Origin: Camelus ferus
Taxonomy: Eukaryota
Assembly (NCBI RefSeq): GCF_009834535.1
Contig: NC_045698.1
Location: 12,278,001-12,342,000, forward strand
DNA: 64,000 nt
Direction: 5' to 3'
Under the pieces are notes generated by a model. It was not told the origin of the DNA and searched no databases. It saw nothing but the letters and a program-made list of their open reading frames with translations. Below, piece by piece: positions 53,601 through 64,000 of this stretch (its first letter is position 1; every line of letters starts with the position of its first letter). A program made the position numbers and the translations under genes.

Positions 53601-54229
53601 GTGGGCACATTTTCCAAACAGCTCTCAGCGACGCAGCAAAACGTTTTATTCAAGGAATGCTCTTTGAGAAATGCTCTGCTCTGCTGTCAATGATCACCCC
53701 ACCCACGAGCATTAATAAGCTAACAAGTAAAGCGACGGATATGGAGAAACTCTGGGAAGGCAGCCAGAATCTTTAACCAAAAGAGAAGATTCCATCAGAA
53801 AACCTCCAGGAGGAAGACTCCAACAACGGATAGTTAGAAGTGGGGAGTCAGATGAGTCTCACCTTTCATTTTAATTTAAAAAATACTTCTCAAAACTCTA
53901 GCTTTCTAAGTGCCTTCCTTATTATTTAAATCTTCGTACCATCCTCATGAGGTTGGAGCCAGCAGCTTCAGAAGCCACATTTTACAAGGGAACAGAAGGT
54001 AACTGTCTCTCCTAAGCAAAACAAAAATGAGTGGCATGCTCAAAAGCTGATTAACATCACCCTCCTGGGCCTGCCATGTTTCTGGGGCTCTGGCCACTTG
54101 TATTCCCAAACCCGCATGCAGTTTTCAACTCAAAATTCATCTACTAACTGCCTACGGTATAAAGCACTTCATCAAAGTATTTAGAAACAATGACGCAAGC
54201 ATAAGGCAAGTGACACCCACAGGAGAGGA

Positions 54230-54470
54230 AAGCATGGCCGTGAATAGCAGAGAGACTCCGGAGACAACCTGTCTAGGTTCAAAGCCTGGCCATCCCTTTC
54301 TGTGTGACCTGGAGCCAGTTACTTAACCTCTCTGTGCCTCACCTTCCTCCTTTAGGAAGCCTTACTCATAGGGTTGCTATAGGGATTAATTACTGACTGT
54401 ACACAAGTGCTCAGAAACGTGTCTGGCACCTAGTAAGCCCTCAGTACATCTCAGCCATATTTATTACTGT
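54230..54470 (+). mobile_element. MIR SINE
   Basis: ctgtgtgacctggagccagttacttaacctctctgtgcctca...ctcatagggttgctatagggattaa...aagtgctcagaaacgtgtctggcacctagtaagccctcagta. Confidence 0.8.
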
Positions 54471-57082
54471 TTTCAAAGAACTGTAAAATGCTGCAAAATC
54501 AAGGGAGGAAGAAGAATCTCCTCTTGCTATAAAAAAAAAATCTGTACTTGAGGGGAAAGTAACACAAGGATAGAATCCTATCCTCAAGGACCTTTCAGTA
54601 CAAACAAGGTGATAAAACTTATAAATCAGATATTAACCCTCTCTAGACTCTGTTTGCTCATTTGAGAAGTGGGGGGAGGGGAAAAATAGAAAGAAAGGTA
54701 AATAAAGCCTCTAGCTAACAAATTCCTAACAGGACCAGGACAGAAAGAGGCACAGCCAAGTTCAGAGGAAAGAGAGGAAGGAGTGACCATGAACTAGGCC
54801 TGTCACGGATGGTTTCAAAAAGGAGCCAGACAGGCAGGACATCCGATCAGCAGAGAGGAGGGCACAGACACAAAGGGACAGAGTGGGACCGGGAACAGAG
54901 CCTCAGGAGTAGAATTCATGTGGGGGAGAGGAGGAAAGCGTTGCAAGGTCACAAGGCCTTGGAAATCGGACTAATGCATGTGAACCTGATTTTGTAAGCA
55001 ATACAGGCACGCTTTACAGACTTCTGGAAAATCAGCCAGACATGTACTGGTCAAAAGGAAGAGAATTAATAAATGCAATCTATCACCAGAAATGATACTG
55101 GTAACAGCTCTAACACCAAGAGCCCCCTGCACCATTGGGTGCTGGGCTCTCAGTCACCACCAAAGGCCGCTCGTTCCTAACTTCTAGGTTACTATAACCT
55201 TTTCTTATCACTAACCTACCAGGTGCCAAGACCTTTGTAAATCTTACCTCGAATTCTAATAACCATGCAAGATCGACACTATTATGCTCACTTACAGACA
55301 GAGAAAGCAAGCCCCCGAAGGAAGGTCAGATAATCTGGCTGAGAGCCCACAGGTGGGGAGGGTGCAGCCGGGCTCCCCGAGGCCACATCTTTTCTACACT
55401 CAAGAATGAGGCGCCCTCACCCTGCCCAGGGGCAGTCAGGCCAGGCTTCGTGGAAACTTGGCTGGTTGCTCCTGCTTGAGGGCTCCCTGCAAACCAATGG
55501 CCTGAGAGTATTACACAACAATTACTCTGAGTGCAGAAGTTTGAAACCCATTAATAAGAAGGTTCCCCACTTCCTACTGATCCCCATAGGAGCACACATT
55601 CAAGGCTCGTGTCCTTACTAAAGGTGACCCCACTGAAAAGCTGGCAGGGCTGGAAAAGCAAGCACCCTGCCCTCTCCCTGCACAGCCCTGGTTAAACAGT
55701 GACGGCCCCTCCCAGGCTGGTCTGGGCCTGATTTGGTGAGAGGTGAGCGCCTCGAACAGCAGGCCACGGGCGGACGTGGGGGACCAGCCCTGCCCTGCCC
55801 ACCCCACCCTGGACAGGAGACAGGCTCCCTGCTCCAACAACTGCCCTGCTCACAGCTGATCCTGGAGCTTTGCTGGCAGGGCCCCAAAAATGAGCACCTG
55901 ACTACAGAAATCCTTGCAGAGTGTGCAGAAAGGGCAAGACACCGTCACTCCATGGTGGGAAAAAGGGACACCAGGGAATGTTCTGATTCCATTTTACAGT
56001 CGTCAAAGGGTTCATCCTCAGGATGCGGTGAGACAAGGAAGTCCTCTGTGCTTCCTTTATGCCCTTGAGAAATGACAGGAGGGTGGAGGGGAGAAGCTGC
56101 CAAAAATAAGTCTTAATTTTTTTTTAACCAAGAAATATAAGACGTGAAACAAAACAAAACACTATAAAATGTGGAGAAAAACAGGCTCAAGAACTCATTC
56201 CAGGTTAAACTCGTGAACTCCAGGTACTAAACTAAGACATCTCCCCAAATTAAGTGGAGATGAGGAAGGTGTTTCCACTTAACATCTTGAGAGTCGGGTT
56301 TGTTCCAACCCAGAGTGAACAAGGCTGTAAGAAGCAGGTACAGCTGGAATGTTTCCCACCAACAGTTCATCCCTTAAAACATTAGTATCTGCTTTATGCT
56401 TGTATTAATGAGCACCTTACTCAGGAATATTTTTACATACTTTTTCTGAAAGTCAAAGTGTTCACCTATGTCCCACTAATAACCCTCAAAAGATCTTTTG
56501 CTTGAACGGCCATTAGGCCACTCCTGTTCCTTAAACAGAAGACAGAAAAGTCAAGTTCATTTATGTGTTCAACTGGTACCAACTGGCCCCTCCAGTATTC
56601 AGGGCACTGTGCTTAGTCCTGAGGACTTGGAAACAGCGGCCCCTTCAAAACGTCAACCACACGTTTGCACAGTAGTCTTGTTACTTTCCTGGCTGAGCCT
56701 TTTCAGTTTTAAAAATTGCTTCTGGTTACATATGTACCTAAACTTAGGTTCCTCCTGAAGTGAACTTTTTAAAAACTTACCTCTAAATGCTGAGAAAACA
56801 AATTTCCCAGAAGTGCGCACACAATTTACACAAGAGAAGTCATAAAAATCCAAGGCAGGCCATGAAGAAACAAACTCAGTTGGGGAGTGTGGGGAACTCG
56901 GTGTCTCCCATCTGGGGGGTACGCTCTGAGGTCAGGAGCCCATCAGCTGGGGGGCACAAGCCTCACAAGCTTCGGGCTGGCGGCAGTAAGACACCGGATG
57001 CTACTTAAAGCAGGCAAGAAGCCTGTGCCTGCAACACGCACAGGAGTTAATTCCACAGGGCAAATGCTTGGTGAGTCTAGCT

Positions 57083-57283
57083 CAGTGGTTCTCAGCTGGG
57101 AGTGACTTTGCTCCCTGGGGCTCACTGGGCAATGTCTGCAGACACCTTGGTTGTCACGACTCCGGGTGTCACTAGCATCTACTGGGTAGAGGCCAGGGGT
57201 ACTCAACATCCTACCAAGCACAGGAGGGTCCCCCCACACCAAAGAATTAACATGTCAATGGTACTCAGTTTGAGAAACCCTGG
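57083..57283. mobile_element. MER20-like DNA transposon (opposite orientation to the 44.4 kb copy)
   Basis: cagtggttctcagctgggagtgactttgctccc...ggcaatgtctgcagacaccttggttgtcac...gcatctactgggtagaggccaggg...ttgagaaaccctg. Confidence 0.8.
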
Positions 57284-59848
57284 TCTAGCTCTAAATAGCA
57301 GCTGTTAGTCACAAGGAGCTCCCATTTCCTTATTATTTGGCCATTCACACATAAAGCTAATACATGTAACATCTCATTCAATTTCTTCTTCAGTTGTTCA
57401 CACTGCTTGTTGGACAGCCATTTGAAGCTCATACATCATCATCCCTAAATCACAAGGGGAAAAGTTACCAAAGAACAGGGCACCACTTAGTGATAAATGA
57501 GGCTCTACAATTCTTGGATTCCAAATGTCCTTGGAAATGTATCACTTCACACTCACTGTTTCTACTCTAACAGGACATTACAAGATGTTCTTCACTGAAC
57601 AATTTAACAAAAGGATGCTCTGTTATGAGACACTGAAGAGTGACAGGATCTACATTAGGAGTTTGTCTCCAATCAATACAGCAATGTATAGCCTCTGTGG
57701 CTCTGCCTGCTTCCCATTCAAAGCAATTATGCTGAGGGGAGAAACTCTGATTAGAAATTAATACTGACTAGAAATAAAGATCAGAATTAATTTCTGATTA
57801 GAAATTAACACTGTAACATAAATACAGCCCAAGATTAAAGGTATAACTTTAAATACATAACCATTTCCCAAAATACTAAGGTCACCAGCAACAGAGGAAA
57901 AAGGCTGTGGGTTCTATTAACCATCTTTTCAACCTTGAGCAAGCAACTTAATGTCTTTGGTTTAAGAGTCTTCATCTAAGAAAGAAAGGGAATGGAGAAG
58001 ATGGACAACTTCAACATTATATTAATCATGGAAATAAAATTCCACAACTAGGTCTCCTTACACTGAACCAAGGTATAGTGTAAGGAGAAAGGGCTTGGAA
58101 GTCAGACAGGACTGCTGGAGGGTAGGAGGTTGCAGCTGTCTCGCGCTATCCTGCAGTTTCCCCCACTTGCGCTAGGGGGCAGAGTTCTCCCGAAGGGGAT
58201 TTCAGTGGACCACCCCGGTCCACGGACAGGCTTCATGGGGACTGAGAACCCAACAAACGAAATACAAATTCTACGTCTCATCAAATTTCCTAAGGGACCC
58301 ATAACACAAAATCAAAATAAAGGCCTCCCTACCCTCTCTGCCCCTCTCAAAAAAAAAAAAAAAAAGTTAAGAATTAGTGTCCTGCAGGCAGGGCCTGAGG
58401 TTTTCCAACAGATGAAAGCAATTAAACATAGCTCACCGGTCTTTCATCATTGGTTAACCTGCAACTCCTGCAAAAAGTTCTGGTGCCTTCTTACAAGCAT
58501 GAAACAAAGGTCTATGGATTAGAAAATGCTACTGTCTCACAATTAGAGGTTTCATTCTTTAAAAAAAAAAAAAGGTAAAAATATATTAATGAATGATTAA
58601 TTCCTGTCCAATCTACCTCTCAGTTAATGTGGGTATCACACGTGAGACATCACTTTGAAAAAAGTGGATAATACTATTACACGAGAATGTATTCATCACT
58701 TTGGTCATTATAATCAGCTATCTCTAGTAAGCGGGCATCCAGAAAGTACAATGACTTGAAATAATATATCCAATTAAGTCTGACAAAGCGAGTTAGCCAA
58801 CACAGAGGCAAACCCTCACTAGTCTAATTTGCTGGAAGTTTCCAAAACTGTCCTGGATTTACAATACATCCCTTGCTTTCAGTGAAAGTCACTTCAGACT
58901 CCTCAAGTCAACTAAGTTTACTTTGAGCCACTTAAAACCTCAAACTTAAATAGAATTTGTTAAATAAACACAACCAAGAAAGAAAAGGGAGCCAAGAAAC
59001 CACAGTAACTCTCGACCCCCCCCACTCCCCCCAAAAAACGGTTCTCAAGTCAAGAGTTTCAAGTAACTCCGGTGTCCCGCCTTCAACGACCCTAAAAGGA
59101 AGATCGTTTTAATCTTTAAAAATAACCTGTTTGTCCTAAACGATCTTCTTCAAATTCAAATTCAAAATCTGCCAAAGACAGCACAAATATTTGATCTTTT
59201 CATCTTCCCTCTGGAATGATCTCAAATTCTAAACGAGCACTTCTTGGTGAGCACTAGACCTAGGCTCCAAAGGTCTGACCGGCAGAGACTACGGTGAATG
59301 ATTAAACCCTCGCCTCCCCCTTCTCACACTTCATTAAGCCGTCTCCTCTGGAAGTGTTTGCACCCCTCTCACAGGAAGCCGGCACGTTTTGCAAAGGAAA
59401 TACCAGACCAGACCTTTCTTGGGGAAAGGCACGTCCCCCCTGAACATTTTATTGGGTTTCCTGCACCCAGGCAGCTGGGCATGCAGATCCCCCGTCCGGG
59501 CCCCTAGTCCGCCGCCTCCTCTCGCGCGGAGCGCCGCAGGGACACCCGGTGAGCCAGCCACCCACGCAAAAGGACGCTCATCTTCCCTGCATCCCGGAGC
59601 CAAGTGCGAGCGCGGGACAAAATAAAACCTGCCCCGGCTTACTCAGCCGGAGACTCCCCGGGGGTTGGTCTCAGGCGACTCCCAGAAAGTCTCGCCCTCT
59701 CGGGCTTAAGAGTGCGCGGTAGCAAGTGTGCGCGCGGCGCGGTACGCACATCCCTCCCTCCCTGGAGGCCAGTCCGGACAGGAAGGGAGTCCGCGCCGAG
59801 TCGGGCCGGGCCGCCGGCGCCTGCCCTCCCGGCCGCGAGCGCACTCAC

Positions 59849-59869
59849 CTCGGGGAAGAAGTTGTCCAT
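59849..59869 (-). CDS. MYO10: Myosin X coding exon 1 (MDNFFPE), phase-0 donor
   Basis: Minus strand reads gggaacaATGGACAACTTCTTCCCCGAG|gtgagt: strong Kozak context (A at -3, G at +4) and a canonical donor at 59843-59848, inside the CpG island. Confidence 0.95.
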
Positions 59870-60380
59870 TGTTCCCGTGCGCTTCCCAACTTGCCAGAGT
59901 CCGGCTTCCAGCTCGCGGAAGTCAGCCCAGCTGAAGGTCCGAGGAAACCATGCGTGTCACGGCGCGACTCCCAGGAACTCGAGCCCCCGGGGCTCCCCCG
60001 CTGCCATCTCCTTCTCCCCTTCTCGTCTTTCGCACCTTTTGTTTGCCCAAACCCAAGTCTCTAACTCATCCGTCCCAACCGCAGCCTTTGTCTCCAATTT
60101 CTCCAAGTTCCTCACTCCTGGACGCAGCGCTCGCGAGCGGAGAACAGCTGGTGGCACATTCTTCCCCCGGGCTGAGGGAGGGCGGCGGGGGGCTGGGGAG
60201 CGCGCCCCTCCTTCTGCGCTCCGGCCGGAGGCGCTCCGGACGGGCAGGGGAACAGCAGCCACAAAGCGAGCCCGGAGTTGCTTTCCCCGCGCTAACGCCG
60301 CCGCGGTGAGGACTCGGGCGCCCGGGCTCAGACGGCTCACCACCTCACCGAGACTTGCAGACCGGAGCGCACGGTCCAGC
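59870..60380 (-). other. MYO10: MYO10 5'UTR part of exon 1 (GC-rich, contains four uATGs); 5' boundary approximate
   Basis: Lies between the GC-box cluster (60378-60575) and the main ATG; TSS inferred, not observed. Confidence 0.6.
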
Positions 60381-61119
60381 CCCGCCCACTCGCTCGCCTC
60401 GCCCCGCCCCGCCAAGAGCTGAGCCCCGCCCACTCAGCCGGCCCACCCTACTCGCCCGCCACGCCCCGCCCCTCCAGGGGCCCAGGCCTCGGCCAACCCC
60501 GCTCCGCGCTTCCGCAGGGTCCGGCCTCGCCCGGCCGGCGCGCCCCGCCCCCATCTACCCCCAGACCCCGCCCTCTCTGAGCCTCGGGCCACGGCAGCCT
60601 CTGCGGCAGGCGGGGAAGGCGGGGTCCAAGCGGTTTCCCCCTCCTTCCCCGCCTCCCCGTCTAGGTGCGGGCGGGGGTGCTGACTCCTCTCTGGTGAAAG
60701 AGACCAAATAGTCACCAAGGAGGAGGGGTTGGGGGACGTTTTTTGTGCCTTTGATCTTTAGCGAACCCTGGAACTGGCTCAACGCGGATCTCATTAATGC
60801 AGCTCGGCAGATGAGCGACCCCGGGGAAGGAAGCGCGGTCCGCGGAGTTGCCCCTTCTCTTGGACCAGATCAAAGGGGAGAACGGAGGCTAATCAGAATT
60901 TCTGGAAGCTGCCTTCCGGTGTGGTGTTTCTCTCCTGCGGTCAGGTTAAAAGACGTTTTCATTGCAGCGGGAAAATGTAGTTTTGTAAACAGAGAGGACG
61001 TGGCCAATTGCACCTTAAAAAATGTAACCCTTTTCCTGGACATAAGGAAGCAGATAGGCAGACGGAAGTGAGATGGATGAAGGATCAAATCCACCTGGTA
61101 CTGAGCCTTAGTTTCCTCT

Positions 61120-61245
61120 AGGGCAGGTCTTCAAACTTGAGCGCGCACAGGAATCACCTGGGAATCTGATTAAAATTCAGATTGGAACTGAGTGGGGTGA
61201 GCACTGATTATCTGCAGTTCCAGCAAGCTTCCAGGTGCCCTCAAA
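61120..61245. mobile_element. MER5A-like remnant upstream of the promoter
   Basis: tcttcaaacttgagcgcgcacaggaatcacctgggaatctgattaaaattcagatt...caagcttccaggtg. Confidence 0.65.
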
Positions 61246-64000
61246 GAAGGACACCTGGCCTTGTGCTGTTCTGCCAACTGTTTGGAAACCTGTAACAAGT
61301 AGAAAAATTGAGGACAAAGGTTTAGAAACTTTTGTAGCAATGTAAAAATGCCACGACATAAAAGCACATGATCGGTGGACTCTTCGAACCGAGTATAAAC
61401 CAGTTTGGGTGTTGTCAGACACCGTAGTGAGTCACACCTGGCACAGCAGGGTTCTCCTATTGGTACCTGGCAGATTGGAAACAAAAACGACTGGTTCCTC
61501 ACCACAAATGGTTTGAGAAGTTCTCTCTAGGGGATTTGCCAACTGCTACTCATCCTTTAAAACTCAAGTGGGAAAGTCACATCTTCCAGGGGAAGCCTGC
61601 CCAGAGATGCCCAACCACTCAGCCCCCTTCCAGCTCCACCTAACCACCCGGTGTGGCTTATTTCTAAGACTACTGAGGAAACTATACCATGTTAAGGGTT
61701 TTTTTCTTGGTGTCCTACCCATCTTCAGTTGGGAGATTAGAAGCTCCTTAAGAGAGAGGACTGTGCTTTCAAATTTGTATCCCCAGCCTGTCTCAGAGAA
61801 CGAATGAATGAAGCATCCTTCTGTAATCCTTATGTAAAAAGTCAGGCATGCTTGCAACTTATCTCAGAGGAGTTCTTCAGCATTAATATCTTTGTATTCA
61901 CTCCCCTTCCCTTTGGAAAGAGTCAAGGTATAAATTAACTCGGGATATTATGCTATGTGATTGCCCTGTTTCACAGGTTCACACATGTAAGCCATTAAAG
62001 ATTGTGTCGCAGGTTGCATGGAAAGTTAAGATGGAGCCAGGATAAATAACAACCATCCCAGGCACCAATCAAAGTGCTTAGTCAAATGAGTCCTGCTGCC
62101 ACCTGTGTTCAGATACTGGAACAGAGCAATTACAGTCATTATGGTGTTAATCTGTGTAGCACATCACTCCAGAGAAAGTGCCAGGCAGCTTGTTCAAGTA
62201 AGGGTGTGGATGTGGCTTGGTTCCCAGCATCAGCCCAGCGACTGATGGACCTGGCCGTGTCATTTCAAAATCACTCTCCAATACTGGCTCATCACTTGTC
62301 ACAAATGTCCCACAGCATTACAACATGTTAATAATAGAAGAAACTGGGACACTTTAACCTCAATTTTCCTGTAAAGCTAACATTGCTCAAAAAAAAAAAA
62401 GTCTATTAATATTTTAAAAATCACTTCCCTGTTGATTAAGAAGATATGGTTAATAATTATATACCCCCCCAACTAGAATTGTGAGCCAGATCCAATTCAT
62501 AAGGGTTGAGTTTTACTCAATTATATTTCTTTAAAAAGTTTACACCATTTTATCAAAATCCCCTAGGACAGTTGTTAAAAAGAAAAAAACAAACAAACAA
62601 AAAACATGACTGTATCTCAGGGGTGGGCTTGGTGCCTAAGAATCTGCATTTTAGTAAATACCCAAGTGCACAACTCTGAGTTTGCAGGTAACTGCTTTAG
62701 GTTGTCAGAATTCATCAGCTTTTCCATATAAATGCACAGCTTTAAAAGGTATAAAGATAAACTGGAGCAGCAAGATTCTATTTGCTGAACAAACAGCAAA
62801 GTGCAAGATATCAACTTTCAAGTATTTGGGGGTGAAATCAGTTGTTTAAAAGGGCTATGTTAAATTTACAAGAACTTTGAGAAAGTTGACAGAGAAGGGG
62901 ATGTATTTTAAACCAGTAGATTTCTAAGAATATCCACTTGTTACCTTTTTTTTTTTTTAAGTTAAGGGCTTCCTTTCAAGGAGCTTTGTTGCCCCTTGGT
63001 CAAAGCTGTTTGGGCTAAAACATGAAATCCTGCCTTCTGAGAACTGACCAAGAGTCAAGAATATTAATGCCAGATTGGGCACGTTTCTCTGAGGCTAAGT
63101 CCCTTCTTAATTATCCTCCTTATTTCTCTGACACCATGCTAATAGAGTGTTGCACTTGCAAAATAAAACACCAAAAAAGCTCACGTTACCTTCTCTTCTT
63201 TAGCTGCAAAAATTAATCCATCAGTGACAAATATATATTTGTAAATAGATGGAACCATTTCCCCACTTAAAGGAGACTTCTGTACATGTATGTGTCAGTT
63301 TTTGTTTCCACCACATGTTTGTTGGGTTTCGTTGAAATGGGTTGTCTTAATTTCCTTTGTGATTTCAAATTGAGTTTCTTTGCTGTTGTTGTTCTGTTGC
63401 TGCGAGCATTTCCTAATCTGGATGTGCCTTTGTGTACAGAGTCTTTTTCACTACTTTGGTTTTCATAAAGTACTCACCTTTAATTGCTCCAGTCCAACTA
63501 ATGGTTTAATTACTAGTTACAGAAAGGGAAAGTTCTGGAGTTTCTTTCGCACAAATTAGAAGTTAATAACTGACACAACCTTAAAATCCTGTTTTTCATG
63601 CTTAACTAAACAGCAGTCCCTTTCAGTTCGCTTATAGTCTTGGATGTTTAAAAATTCACATGTTTTTGCCTTTTGAACAAACGAACATTAAGGGACTCCT
63701 TTAATGTTGTTTAAATTTTTAAACAAGTGTTCCTTTTATTTCTCATAACTGACAATCCAAAAACCCTCAAGGGAGTTGTTTGTTTTGGGGTTTTTTTATG
63801 TGAAACTTTAAAACAATTGTGAAAGATTTCTTTAGAAGGAATAAAATGGGAGGGGGGAATACCTGAAAATTTCATATTGTCGAATTAAACAGGTACAAAA
63901 GAATAAACACAGAAATAAAGCAGAGATAAGACTCTCAAAAAACTAACTTGCTAGCAGTCATTTTTCTAAACAAGATGGGCTTCGGCTGAGACATCATTTA

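Larger units (their letters stand above)
15057..59848 (-). other. MYO10: MYO10 intron 1 (44,792 nt, GT-AG)
   Basis: Bounded by the exon 1 donor and exon 2 acceptor; no other convincing coding exon found in between. Confidence 0.88.
1..60400 (-). other. MYO10: MYO10 gene, 5' portion (exon 1, intron 1, exon 2, start of intron 2); the gene continues beyond position 1
   Basis: Two coding exons splice in frame to MDNFFPE|GARVWLRENGQHFPSTVDSCAEGVVVFRTDYGQ, the myosin X N-terminus. A CpG island sits at the 5' end. Exon 3 (expected VFTYKQ...) was not seen in the window. TSS position is approximate. Confidence 0.95.
59480..60860. promoter_or_regulatory. MYO10: CpG island / TATA-less promoter of MYO10 with multiple GC boxes
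   Basis: Very high GC and CpG density relative to the rest of the window; CCCCGCCC (Sp/KLF) motifs near 60380, 60402, 60424, 60463, 60543 and 60566; spans exon 1. Confidence 0.9.

Noticed and set aside
57745..57812. Repeat-spacer-repeat pattern tctgattagaaattaa.actg (similar short duplications near 2497-2568 and 6675-6710)
   Set aside because: Only two copies each in mammalian intronic DNA; local duplications, not an array or CRISPR-like system.
59639..59869. 76-aa ORF MDNFFPEVSALAAG...
   Set aside because: Only the first 7 codons are exonic; the rest is read-through past the GTGAGT donor.
59604..60422. 272-aa plus-strand ORF and overlapping ORFs in the CpG island
   Set aside because: Non-ATG start, R/A/P/S-rich composition and stop-codon depletion expected from extreme GC content; no recognisable protein.
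1..64000. Prokaryote-type systems (operons, CRISPR, defence islands) or an intact autonomous element
   Set aside because: The sequence is mammalian gene and intron DNA; all L1, LTR and DNA-transposon pieces are short non-coding remnants.

Overview
Mammalian genomic DNA, most likely a camelid (Camelus/Vicugna). This is inferred from three tRNA-Ala(AGC)-derived SINEs of vic-1 type, cetartiodactyl-type L1 3' ends, and no recognisable Alu/B1/BovB/PRE1. The window holds the 5' end of MYO10 (myosin X) on the minus strand: a CpG-island promoter (~59.5-60.9 kb), exon 1 (5'UTR plus MDNFFPE), a 44.8 kb intron 1, the 99-nt exon 2 (14958-15056) and the first ~15 kb of intron 2. Intron 1 carries a full-length processed RPL32 retrocopy (plus strand) with TSDs, a 5'TOP-like start, a polyA tail and an unbroken 135-codon frame whose ATG has become ACG. 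The rest is ordinary interspersed repeats (L1, MIR, hAT/MER DNA transposons, LTRs) and microsatellites. I see no convincing new biological system. The best leads are four uORFs in the MYO10 leader, the intact-frame and GC-biased RPL32 retrocopy, and a short polyadenylated LTR-like retrocopy. Repeat family names and reference protein comparisons come from recall, not database searches, and repeat boundaries are approximate.
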